Of a stretch of 64,000 bases of DNA, positions 1-10,995 are shown one piece after another; positions within the stretch are counted from its first letter, which is position 1; each line of letters begins with the position of its first letter. Source of the DNA: Octopus bimaculoides (taxonomy: Eukaryota); NCBI RefSeq assembly GCF_001194135.2, contig NC_068998.1, forward strand, positions 27,119,668 to 27,183,667, written 5' to 3'. The position numbers and the translations under genes were made by a program. Under the pieces are notes generated by a model, which searched no databases, was not told the origin of the DNA, and saw only the letters and a program-made list of their open reading frames with translations.

Positions 1-135
1 GTAACTTAGCGGTTCGGCAAAGAGACCGATAGAATAAGTACTACGCTAACAAATAATAAGTCCTGGGGTCGATTTATTCGACTAAAAGCGGTGCTCCAGC
101 ATGGCCGCAGTCAAATGACTGAAACAAATAAAAGA
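1..135 (+). mobile_element. 3' end of OR/CORE-type tRNA-derived SINE (cut by window edge)
   Basis: gtaacttagcggttcggcaaagagaccgatagaataagtact...ggtgctccagcatggccgcagtcaaatgactgaaac; the same block recurs at about 11850-11990, 53630-53780 and 62590-62740. Confidence 0.8.
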
Positions 136-159
136 ATAAAAAAAAGAATATATATATAG

Positions 160-202
<43 letters not shown>

Positions 203-1361
203 CAATGTTAAATCTCTGAACGAGGTATAAACAGTAACTGCACGACAACGTGAAGTATATCTGCCACTTAAATGCGGCTAAATCCTAAGGGTGACTGTTA
301 CTGTTGCTTTTAGCCCCAGGAGAACATCTCCTCCAGCTGGCTATTGACACACATCTGTCATCTGATATATATATGTATGTATGTATGTATATAGTACAAG
401 TGAGAGGTTGAAGGAGACTTCAATGTTTTTGTTTGCTGGCCTTCATCATAAAGTAAAGGTGAATAAGCTGAATCCTGAAAATTATTGTGAAAATTTCGCA
501 TAAAAACAAACAAGTTACCTCCCATCTGCCAGAGTTACTGCCCTTGAAATGTAATTTTCTTTACCTCCTACTTACAAATGATCTCCGTTCCTCTTTTTAT
601 TTTTCAAAATATTTGTGAAAACATTTTGTTTCACACCGCCAGCACATCTAAATATACATATCATTGTTTCTTAAATTTATAGTGGAAGTATCGCAGCAGT
701 AGGTCACAGTAGATACAATAATAGTGAAATAGTGACTGAAGTATTGCTGCAATTAACAGAGCGTTATATATAAGGTACAAAGATACGTGTTGTTTGATGA
801 AAACATTAGAACACCGGGAGCCTTTGAAATGAGTGATGTTGCAGCATCTACACTCATACTTTTGTATACTTCAAATTATGCATATCTGCGCATGCATCAG
901 TGTTGTGTGTGTAGGGAAGGACATGTGTGTGTGTGTGTGTGTGCGTGTGCACGCAGTTGCGTGAGTATATGTGTTAGCGGGAATTACTGATAAATAAACG
1001 AAAATATTTATATAAACTATTCGAGGGTAGGTAACTCTAAAATATATGTTTAAAGGGGAATAACTTTATGTAGTTGGCATATGTCTATGACTATTTATTA
1101 TCCAGTGTGTTCATAGATTATCTTTACAACTTGTACACTTTCTTGTAATGTAGCGTCTGTAAGCGTTTCGCTGTTTCCAATAAAACTTCATTTGTTTGCC
1201 AATAAACATTACTGAGTTATCCGTATTTCTCATTTTTTTCTGAATTTTTCAAAGTGTAAAGGCAACTTTATTGAATACCCATTATAGTAATCTGCTGGCG
1301 CAAGATATGTGCGTGTGTGTGTGTGCACTTATGAGCATACATCTGTGCGATATATAAATAT

Positions 1362-1365
<4 letters not shown>

Positions 1366-1407
<42 letters not shown>

Positions 1408-1620
1408 NNNNNNNNNNNNNNNNNNNNNNNNNNNNNNNNNNNNNNNNNNNNNNNNNNNNNNNNNNNNNNNNNNNNNNNNNNNNNNNNNNNNNNNNNNNNN
1501 NNNNNNNNNNNNNNNNNNNNNNNNNNNNNNNNNNNNNNNNNNNNNNNNNNNNNNNNNNNNNNNNNNNNNNNGAGAGAGAGAGAGAGGGAGAGAGAGAGAG
1601 AGGGAGAGAGAGAGAGAGAA
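1366..1620. repeat. (AG)n microsatellite spanning assembly gap 1408-1571
   Basis: Directly visible. Confidence 0.95.
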
Positions 1621-1844
1621 GGTGAATTGTGGTATATAACCCTAGTTTTTGCTACATGAAGCACTTCTACAAATATCAGCTATCTGAAAATTGACGAGTG
1701 GAAAGCTTTTTCATGCTACCACTCAACTTGTCTGAAAATCCACAAAACATCCATTATAGTATGTATAATAACAAATATTGAAGAATAGTTTTAGCAAATC
1801 CTAAAAATATTCATATTTTTCTCTCCGTATTTATTTTTTCCTTC

Positions 1845-1995
1845 TCTCTTCAGTTTTTCCCCTCATCCCTTTCTGTTGAACAGTGTAGGCTTGAAATGTC
1901 AAAGACTTTTCTATTCTTCCCGACCATCAAACTAATACACCTGCTTGTTGTTCCCTCACCTGTCTTTGTGTCTTGTTTTCTGTAAATTTGAACTA
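1845..1995. repeat. Unclassified dispersed repeat (second copy about 36825-36970)
   Basis: ctcatccctttct..ttgaa.ag...a.g...(g/a)aaatgtcaaagacttt...atcaaactaata.a.ctgc is shared between the two loci. It may be a retroelement terminus, but I could not classify it. Confidence 0.6.
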
Positions 1996-2050
1996 TATGG
2001 ATGTGTGTATATTTGTATGCATATATGTGCATATACATATATATATATAT

Positions 2051-2206
2051 CAACCCCAGTGCATAACTGGTACTTAATTTATCGACCCCGAAAGTTTGAA
2101 AGGCAAAGTCAACCTCGGCGGAATTTGAACTCATAACGTAGCAGCAGACGAAATACCGCTAAGCATTTCGCCCGGCGTGCTAACGATTCTGCCAGTTTGC
2201 CGCCTT
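2051..2206 (-). mobile_element. OK-like tRNA-derived SINE
   Basis: Reverse complement reads aaggcggcaaactggcagaatcgttagcacgccgggcgaaatgcttagcggtatttcg...gagttcaaattccgccgagg, with A-box-like and B-box (GTTCAAATTCC) motifs. Confidence 0.85.
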
Positions 2207-2214
2207 TTCTTTCA

Positions 2215-2392
2215 GTTTTATTTCGCCGCCGGCTTCTTTCAGTTTCTGTCTACCAAATCCATTCACAAGGCTTTGGTCGAAAACACTTGCCAAAGCACCA
2301 TGCAGTGGGACTGAACCTAGATCCATGGAGGAGGGAAACAAGCTTCTAACGACATGGCCACGCCTGCACCTGTTTTATATCTCTGGGTGTTT
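2215..2392 (-). mobile_element. OR/CORE-type SINE, 5' part
   Basis: Reverse complement contains gtgcaggcgtggc...ggttcagtcccactgcatgg...ttggcaagtgt...ccaaagccttgtgaatggatttggtagacagaaactgaaagaag. Confidence 0.8.
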
Positions 2393-2399
2393 GGAAGTA

Positions 2400-3213
2400 G
2401 TTGTTCATGTAGTAACAAGTGGTAATCAAAGCTTGCTAGCACAATCAAACTGTGACCCTTTACCTGTCCAGACAGTCTGTAGGTGTGGTCTGTATACAAT
2501 GTGATGATGCATAGAATAGTTGTATCTCTTTGTCTCTGGCTAAAAGCATTAAAGCCAACACTCATCCTGGCTTTGGAAACGTTGAAGGAAACCAGTTGGA
2601 TCTGCCTTAAACAGTATCAGATTTTGCTGTGATGTGATTAGCTTGGTGCATTTTTGATCAAGGTATCAGAAGACCCACCGAGCAGAAACCTTCATCATGT
2701 CAAGTTTATTTTACAGATTCTCAACTCTTTCACGGGAAATGCTAATAGCATTGGCTATTTGATTTATAGTCAATTATCCATCATTCATCACCATACGATA
2801 AACACAATCAATGTTTTCCCCAGTGGTGGCAGTTTCTGGATGCCCAGACCTTGGGTCATCTTTAAGACTCCTCCATCCCCTCCTAAATTCAGTTACCTGC
2901 TTTTGCACTGTTGATAAAGCTGCAGTGTCATCCCCTGATGTAGCAGCCATGTCAACATGAATGTCCTTGGGTGCTAAACCGTTTTCCTGTGGGTACTTGA
3001 TAACACCACAATGCCAAATCTTGTCTATTTTCAAGAGAAGTTGCTACCAGTTACTTTTGATGTCTTCTTTGAATGGTCAGATGTAAATGTACATGGAAAG
3101 AAACAATGCAGTTATTATATTAATAAGAAGTATTGAAATTCATGCATGCAAGATTTCACAGCTCTAGTCTCACTCCTTCATAGTCTGCTTATGAACCTTT
3201 CAGCCCACCCTCG
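2400..3213 (-). mobile_element. Mariner transposon relic: 5' TIR plus N-terminal half of transposase (decayed)
   Basis: TIR TA|CGAGGGTGGGCTGAAAGGTTC at 3215-3193 on the minus strand. ORF 2774-3034 gives an HTH-region peptide (KDIHVDM...STVQKQVTEFRRGWRSLKDDPRSGHP). Downstream frames give KVSARWV (WVP-motif region) and a QDECW remnant of the first catalytic Asp motif. The left boundary is approximate. Confidence 0.9.
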
Positions 3214-3342
3214 TATATATTGGAATGAGCAGGTAAGAGAATGTATGCTTATGATACTTTATTTGCCAGTTGTGGAAGTATTGTTGTACACCAAACAGGT
3301 TTTGCAGCTTAACACATAGTTTGCTAGCTGGCATTTTGTTGT

Positions 3343-3467
3343 TGTTTCCTATGGCAATATTGAGAATTTTGTGTATGAATGAAAAGCAAGAAATGCAGTC
3401 AAATCTTTTGACTGCATTTCTTGCTTTTCATTCATACACAAAATTCTCAATATTGCCATAGGAAACA
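3343..3467. repeat. Perfect inverted repeat: 61-bp arms, 3-nt loop
   Basis: 3343-3403 is the exact reverse complement of 3407-3467 (checked base by base); the loop is TCT. A third partial arm copy lies at 3486-3511. Confidence 0.97.
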
Positions 3468-6400
3468 TCAAAATCTAGAAAATTTAATATTGCCATAGGG
3501 AACAACAAAATAAGAAAATCTAAAGTTGATGCTAATTAGAATAGTACATGAGAATTTTTCGTCATTGAAGTCATGTTTTCTCTGCAAGATGAGGATGGGT
3601 CCATACCACATTACCAGAGTTTCTGCTGAGCTTCAGAACTGTTATGACTTGGTCCCATTTTCTAGATGATAGAAATCTGATAGAGTTGGTACAGATAGTT
3701 GTAGATGTGAGTGAGTGCAATTCCTTTACGTCTTGCTTTTGATTTCAAAATTGATGAAAGAAAAAGGACAAAATCAGTCTAAGTCGGCAAAAGTGTATTT
3801 TTTATGATCTATTTTCATATTTGTGTGGCTGTCAATAGTTGATTTTTAAGAAATGTTTGCTGAGGCTGCTTGCAGTTTATCTTCCAAAACTTGCAGTTGA
3901 CTCATCTAATTGAAGTTATTTTTCTTGCAAGTTAGGTTTATTTGTTTGTTTGTTATTCAAACACCTTAATAGGGAATTTTTCTCTACTTACTGTCCACAT
4001 AATCTCTTCCAGCTTGCATATATTACATAACTGAAATCCTATTATATACGTACTTCGTATACAATACAACATTCATTCCCTTGAGATACTTCCCCTTAAC
4101 CACATTGCTGAATATATATAAATATATATATGTTGTGTTTCGCTTTTTGTTTTTGTATTTCTATATTTAGTTACTTGAAACTGAGGTTTATTTCAGTCAC
4201 ATATATTGTTTTGGTGCATTGTGTCTGAAGTTGTCTGAGGTTTTTTTTGTTCGTTTTTTTTTTTGTTTTTGCCTTTTTTATTGATATTATTTTGTTGAAT
4301 GTATCCTGCAGTATCAATATGGATGATTATTTTGTTTCTGGGTAGAAATCATTTCATGGTGCTTTTTTTGAAGTTTGTAAAAGTTTGGGTATACAGATAT
4401 TTTGAATATATCTCATGGAGTTATGACCGTACCCTGCATAGTTATGGGTTGCTCTTTGACAAGGCATAGCACCCATTCAACCACCCTGCCATGGATACAG
4501 CAAAGCCATAGGACTACAGCATAATGGATTGTAATGAGGCAGCAGAAGCACCTAACTGAGCCAATGGTGCTTCTTACATTGATGTTCATTGAAAGAATCC
4601 TAGAAGATCAACAGTCAGGATCACCAAGTTCTACCAAGAGAGTAACTGCAACACATCCATAGGGGTGTTATCCATGGTTGATTTAACAGCTAATGAAAGA
4701 TTCATCACGACTAAGTTTCCAATTCAAATAGAATTGGGTGATGGCAGTCACGAGAATCATTGCAAGCAGCATGACTGGATAATAAATAATAAAAGTGTTT
4801 ATTTTACTTTTTCCATTAATAAAGAAATGTGTTGTTATAACTGGTAGGTAGTCCAAAGTTGGAGAGGCAGTTGTTTGCCATGTTGTTGTAGAGCAGAAGG
4901 TAATGCACAAGGAAGAGCTGAATAGTTGGTTTAATGAGGTAAGCATGTACTGGTGTGGATTGTTTCAAATATAAAGACACAAAGTTTTGGTGAAGATATG
5001 CAGCCTCTTGTTATTTGAAAACCAGTTGCACATATTCAAATCTACTTCACCGAAGGTGCTTGTGCTGCAGTTGAAAAGTGTAACTTGGTGAAACTGTGAG
5101 AATGGTAGTGGTGTATTAATTTGTTCTTTTGTTTGACAAGCTTTTTCGTGCTAGCATGAGTTGAACTAAGACATATTTGAGGCAGCATTATTCAATCAGA
5201 TGCATTTTCTATTGGCAACCCCTACCTGCTTTTTAAGTATAAGATTTCATATTCCAAAGGTCTTTGGAAAAGTACAAGGACCAGTTGTAAGTTCAACTTA
5301 TATCACTGTCACTAAGGCAGTAACAAGTAAAGCCACAGGAGGCACACACACACACACTTAAATGGATCTCAGTCAGAATTTCTGACCATAACTATTCAGT
5401 TGTCTGATAAACATTGAATTAGTTCTGTAAGTAGCAGAATGCTTCACAGATATATACATTCAATGTAATACTCTGATGGAATCAGTGTGACGTTATGTCA
5501 AGGCTGGACCTTTGAATTATAAACACAATCCATTCAAGACTCCAATCCAATTTCACTTACAAGGTATGAATTGACCAGAGGGTAATGAAAAAATTATACT
5601 TAACCAAGATACTGTGCAGCAGAATCAAAACTAGGACACAATAATTGCAATGCAAATGTCTTAAATACTCACCCACATTACTCCTATGTACACACATGTA
5701 TACATTTATTTACATATACAATAGGCTTTCATACACTTTTCATCTCCCAATTCCACTCACAAAGTATCAGCCCAAAGTGTCATGCAACGGGACTGAACTC
5801 AAAACTATGGTTATGAAGCAAAGTGCTTAACCAGAGAGCTTTACCTGCTCAGTGATGGACACCCTCACACATATATACAAATGTATCAATTTCATTAAGC
5901 TGATCAATGAGTACAAGCTATCAGATATGACCTTATATCAAAGACCAACTGTTTTATAGACCATATTTCTGAAAATCCATAAATATCCATAGAGCTTATA
6001 TAATTATTCACAAGGTGAATAGAGTGAGCAGATCATTTCATTACATAAACTTAGATTTGATCTCAAGAGTGTTGCTATATTATCATATAGTACATGCAAC
6101 TATTGATTTCTGAAGTTTCATTATACTCATACAATCAATTGTCCACTCTTCAGAGTTACGTATAAAATCCATTTGCTCAACAATTGTAAACCTATGCAAC
6201 AAAACAACTTGCTTACTCCTTTCTCTTTGCAAATAATTAAAAATATATAATAAAGTCAGTAAGCTGCTGAATCATTAGCATGCTGGATAAAATGCTTGGC
6301 AGCATTTTTCTGGCTTTACATTCCGAGTTCAAATGTCGCCAAAGTTCATTTTGCATCTTAAAATAAGAGCACTGGGAACGACCTAATCACCTAGCGCTTC

Positions 6401-6854
6401 TCTATAAAATTTCAGGCCTTGTGTCATTATCAGAAAGAATATGTGTTCTTATGTTAGTTTTAATTTTAAAAGCCTGTATTTCTAGTAATGTCATTTCTAT
6501 CAATTTAAAAATGTCAATTGTTTGAAACATGTATGCAAAGTTCATTTTCTGTGTGAAGCATCTATTTTCAAATGTAAGATTTTCGATGTTGAGAAGATAA
6601 CAATGATATATTTGGAGTCTAGTGCAGCTCCTCAGCTTACAAGCCCTAGTCAAACTGTCCACCCATGCCAACATGGACAGCAGACATTAAGAGATGATGA
6701 TGGTGATGATGTTATTTTTCCTGTAAAATCATGTATTCTGGATAGACCACTCTCTTGTAAAAGGGTCTGTCTAGGATGATTTCAATATAACTTGGAATAG
6801 TCGGAGGTTTGAGGTCAGGTGGTGAAGAATTTTTTTTTGTTACATGAATGTTCA

Positions 6855-6990
6855 GTTTCTGTCTACCAGATCAACTCACAAAGCTTTGGTCAGCCTAGGG
6901 AATAGAGGATACTAACCCAAAGTACCACACAATGAGACTGAACCCATGGTTGGGAAATGCGCTTCTTAACCACACAGCCATGTACTACAA
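6855..6990 (-). mobile_element. OR/CORE-type SINE fragment
   Basis: ttcagtttctgtctaccagatcaactcacaaagctttggtc...gagactgaacc...cttaaccacacagccat matches the other copies. Confidence 0.7.
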
Positions 6991-7667
6991 ATGTGTTTCA
7001 TTTTAGGCACAGCCTGCACTATGGAATATCCCTTTCATCAGATGTTGACTTTGATATTACAATTTCAGCACCTTCTGACTGTATCATTTACTCCTGCAAT
7101 GCCAAATAGCACTGATGCTAACAGAATAGCTAAATTTGACTCACATCATAGCATATTTTTCCTTCTACACAACCACCTTCCTAAATAAATCAGTGACACT
7201 ACAACCACCCAACAATTTCTTTTTGTTACTGGTTCAGGATTTATTGTTCACTCTCAGCTTTCTATCATATGCCATATTCATAATAAAGCATTCTCTAGTC
7301 TGCAGTTTGCAGATCACTGCTCTGCTATTCCTCTCAAATAAAATACACATACATACACACATTTTACTTATACACAGACACACACACATAAAATGCATAC
7401 AAACATTGATTGTCACTTTTATATGTTAGGAAGAGGGACAGTGCTTGACTCTCCCAGATTGATGACTTTGATGCAGCTGATGTTTAGTTTGAATGTTTAC
7501 TCTGTAAGAAAAACATGGGTGGAGAAGAAAGCAAGGTCCAATTCGAATGCCTGCAACAAAGTGAACTCTGCTAAAGCAACAATGAGTAGATGAAGATATG
7601 TAATATTAATATTTGAATTTCTACGTGTGTGTGTGTGTGTGTATATATATAATCCAATACTAAGTTT

Positions 7668-7800
7668 GGCGATCTTTCGATACTAATCCTTTTTCTGTCA
7701 TCTCTTTATTTACATCAATTCGGCAGTCTCCGTAAAAAATGTTGTGTTAGGGAAGTGGGAAAGGACGCGAAAGAGATAGAGAAAGCGCCGAAAGATCGCC
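7668..7800. mobile_element. 133-bp MITE with perfect 12-bp TIRs and perfect 8-bp TSD (Merlin-like)
   Basis: TSD CTAAGTTT at 7660-7667 and 7801-7808; TIR GGCGATCTTTCG (7668-7679) / CGAAAGATCGCC (7789-7800). The GGNRM start plus 8-bp TSD fits Merlin/IS1016; hAT is not excluded. Confidence 0.85.
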
Positions 7801-7946
7801 CTAAGTTTATAGCTTTTAAACTGTATGCATGATACCAGCCTGATATCAATCAATATTACATCGTTTCAAATACACATGTAATATAAGAAATAAAAAAGAC
7901 AAAGTTTCTATTGTGACAACAAATTTTGTTTAATGAGTTTTCTGGG

Positions 7947-7993
7947 TTTTTATTTTTTTTTTTAATCAAATAAAAATGACAAAACTATTTATT
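7947..7993 (-). terminator. FRG1 polyadenylation signal plus genomic A-tract
   Basis: Minus-strand AATAAA at 7993-7988 overlaps the TAA stop; A11-T-A5 at 7963-7947 starts 24 nt downstream. Confidence 0.65.
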
Positions 7994-8765
7994 TACAATA
8001 CCGATCTGATTTCATTTTTTCGCGTCGGTCCAATAGATTTCCATGCAAAGTTCCCTCTTTTTTAGCTTTCTTTAGTACTTTAACATCATCTTTATTCACT
8101 CGTAGTCTTCGGTCTTGGAAACTTTGAAACTTCTTCACGTAGTTGATTTCGGCTTGTCTAACAGAAGCACGTTCTTCAATGGGTATATCAGCTTTGGGGT
8201 CTGGAGTATTATCAGTGCAAGATTTCAGGCAAACCATTTCGTTTGGGCCAGCTTTTGATTTAATACAAGTAATGTTACCATCCTCATCGGAGGAGAGAAA
8301 ACAACCATTAGGCCCACATATTGCAGTTTTCCCGTCTTGAAAAACTGGTTCCCATTGTTCTCGTTCACCAATAGCATCTGACCGACCCACCACTTCACCA
8401 GACTTTTCCACGCTTATATATTTTCCATACCCGGATTTAAGCGCGATTTTCGTTTCATTCACTTTAATAGCTGTAATAATCTCCGTGGGGTCGGGTGGTT
8501 CCTGTTCAGCGTGTTCGGGTCCCAGTTCAAAAAGCCCGTTGTCCAAGCTATTAATATAATGTAACGGCTTCATTTCGACAGCAATGGGTCCGGTTAAATC
8601 ATCAATAGACGATACACTCCACCATCCACTGTGATCAGTATCTACAAGCTTACTTTCTTCGGGACCAGAAATAGCATCATGTGTTCTTTTTTTATGTTTT
8701 TTGTGTTTCTTTTGACCCTTCACTTTTAACCGTCCACCTTTCACAAATGAATATGAATCAGCCAT
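7989..8765 (-). CDS. FRG1: FRG1 (FSHD region gene 1) protein, intact single-exon ORF, 258 aa
   Basis: Recognisable family motifs: N-terminal basic NLS, LDNGLF, IALKSGYGKY, VVGRSDAIGEREQWEPVFQDGK (fascin-like domain), EINYVKKFQSFQD, and the C-terminal LLDRR...DRYCK. No stops or frameshifts. Confidence 0.97.
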   Translation of the reverse strand: MADSYSFVKGGRLKVKGQKKHKKHKKRTHDAISGPEESKLVDTDHSGWWSVSSIDDLTGPIAVEMKPLHYINSLDNGLFELGPEHAEQEPPDPTEIITAIKVNETKIALKSGYGKYISVEKSGEVVGRSDAIGEREQWEPVFQDGKTAICGPNGCFLSSDEDGNITCIKSKAGPNEMVCLKSCTDNTPDPKADIPIEERASVRQAEINYVKKFQSFQDRRLRVNKDDVKVLKKAKKEGTLHGNLLDRREKMKSDRYCK

Positions 8766-9182
8766 ACTATATTGAAGCTGTTTTTCAACTGATACAGAAA
8801 ATATTATAAATATAAATTGATGATCTGTATTTCTTAAGTGTCCATAAAATGTGAAAAAGACTGAATTAATAGAAATTTTTAAAAATTAAAGCACAAATAT
8901 TCGCATGGTTTCGAGGAATCCAAGTGTTTATGTTTCAAACAGGAAGTTTGTTCTTGATGGAACTCTGGGTAGAAGTTCACTTCCGTAAAACTTGAACTCT
9001 GACAATGTCTTTTAATAATTCTTAATACTATTGTTACAGTAACGAAATATAATAAGAAACATATAAACAACTGACAAATATAATTAAATATCTAGATGGG
9101 ATCTTATTAAGACTTCTGCCAACTACTTGAAGATTTTCAAATTTTTACCAGATTATTTTCAAAAAATGTAGTAGTAACGTAC

Positions 9183-9320
9183 TTGCGCTTGACGATGACG
9201 AAAATCGCGTTTATTTTTTCCGAGAAATTAATAGTAAAACAGCATTTAAAATTAGATCATTTTAACAAATCGAAGCTTCGATTGCCGAATATATACCGGA
9301 AGCCGTGACATTCGTCCCCA
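9183..9320 (-). promoter_or_regulatory. Candidate FRG1 promoter / non-coding first exon
   Basis: Local CpG cluster in an AT-rich background; ETS-like CCGGAAG at about 9296-9302; 16-bp palindrome AATCGAAGCTTCGATT at 9268-9283. Donor-like AA|GTACGT at 9182 and acceptor TTTTCTGTATCAG| at 8789 would define a 394-nt 5'UTR intron. This is inference only. Confidence 0.45.
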
Positions 9321-9664
9321 TGGGAACAGCACACACGCAACCTTCTCGACCTGCTAGAAATAACAGCCAAATCTTCTTTAAACAGATGCCATAAAGTCTA
9401 CAAAAATAAAAAGGACACGTTGTGTCACAACATTGCCTATTTCCTTGTTTGAGACAGGCCCAAGTAATTTCCATTTGTGAAGTATTAATAACATACAAAT
9501 TAAAGTCAGTCTCCACGGACGTAACCTTTTATCGACCCTTCAAACGCTCACTGGGCCTCACTTTCTTTTCTTATAGTAAAATTGTTTTACAAGCTTCGAA
9601 GGTGGAGAAAGAATACCATCAGCATCATCATCAACATTACACTTCAAACAATAACATCATTCTT

Positions 9665-10022
9665 TTATCTCTTATCAGTAGGTTGCGGCAATGTTGAGGC
9701 ACCGCCTTAAGGAATTTTAGGCGAATGAATCGACTCTGGTACTTATTTTTAAAGCCTGGTACTTATTCTATCGGTGTCTTTCACCAAACCACTAAATTAC
9801 GGGGGTGTAAACACACCAACACAGGTTATCAAGCGGTGGAGGGAGGGAGGGACAAACACAGATACACACCCACACACATTTATACAACGTGGTTCTTTCA
9901 GTTTCTATCAACCAAATCTACTTACAAGGTTTTTTGGTCGGCCCAAGGCCATAGTAGAAGACACTTGCCCAAGGTGCCACGCAAATGGTTGGGAAGCAAG
10001 CTTATTACCACGTAGCCATTGG
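9665..10022 (-). mobile_element. OR/CORE-type SINE, near full length
   Basis: gttgaggcaccgcc...gaatcgactctggtacttatt...ttctttcagtttctatcaaccaaatc...gacacttgcccaaggtgccacg. Confidence 0.8.
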
Positions 10023-10227
10023 TTACCAATTCTTTCTCCTCCACCACCACTGCCAAGCATTTTTCTTTTAAACCTCATTTCCAGTTTTATCATAGGAAAT
10101 GAGAAAGAACATTTAATATCAGTCTGTAGGACCCAATGTTATTTTAAGAGACATGAGTTCGATAAAAGGTTACATCTGGAGAGATTGACTTAAATTTAGA
10201 TCTGGTACAATGTATTTTGTTTTAGTT

Positions 10228-10259
<32 letters not shown>

Positions 10260-10995
10260 CCTTTTAGACATTGTGGTGTAATTAAAGGGATACATTAGAA
10301 GCACATTTTTTGAAAATGTTCTGGTAAGAATTTAAAAACTTCGAGTGTTTGGAAGAAATTTAACAAAATCCCAAGATGAGACTCTACATGACTGCTCAGT
10401 CTGCTGGAAATATCACCCAAATCCTCTCAAATCATACTGTCATCTTAAAAGAAAGAGGGACCCTATTAATAGACCAAATGTACTCCAAGATCAGCGCAGT
10501 GTAGTGAACAAAAGATTAAGAAGTTCACAGTGTAATCACAACCTAGGTTTGATCCTGTGGCATGCCATTTTGAGAATTGCTTTTTACTTATTAGTCCAAA
10601 GACAATGCAAAACCTGTAAGTGAAATAGAGTAAACAGGAACTGTGTGCAAACAGATCAAATGAATTGTACATATAATTCACAAACCCAACATTATCTCAT
10701 GCTGAGTATACATGAAGGAAATACATGTCTATGGAATACTCAACCACTAATTCAATGAGCAGTTCAAACATCTAAAAATTTATGGTTGGAAATTCTGTGA
10801 GATCTTTATGTCCATGTAACCTAGTGGTTCAGCTAAAGAGACTGATAGAATATGTACCAGGTTTAAAGAGAAAAAAAATAAGTACTGGGGTTGATCCATT
10901 TGACTAAAATTCCTCAAGGCAGTGCCCTAGCATGGCCACAGTCGAATGACTAAAACAACTAAAACATGGAAGATAAAAGAAAACACTGCAATATA

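Noticed and set aside
1020-1285. Possible mariner-type MITE
   Set aside because: The right end looks TIR-like (ACTTTATTGAATACCC) but the left end is not its reverse complement.
1845-1995. Possible Penelope-type minimal hammerhead ribozyme in this repeat (and at about 36855)
   Set aside because: Neither copy has an intact CUGANGA...GAAA core (TTGAACAG..TTGAAAT; TTGAAGAG..CAAAAT). At most it is a decayed relic; a family consensus is needed.
3589-3710. Plus-strand exon-like segment (AAG acceptor, GTGAGT donor)
   Set aside because: Every frame has a stop from that acceptor, there is no recognisable peptide, and no plus-strand host gene is evident.
4380-4950. Hydrophobic ORF 4683-4946(-), vaguely transporter-like
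   Set aside because: No motif I can recognise, stops in the flanking frame and no splice signals; treated as chance.
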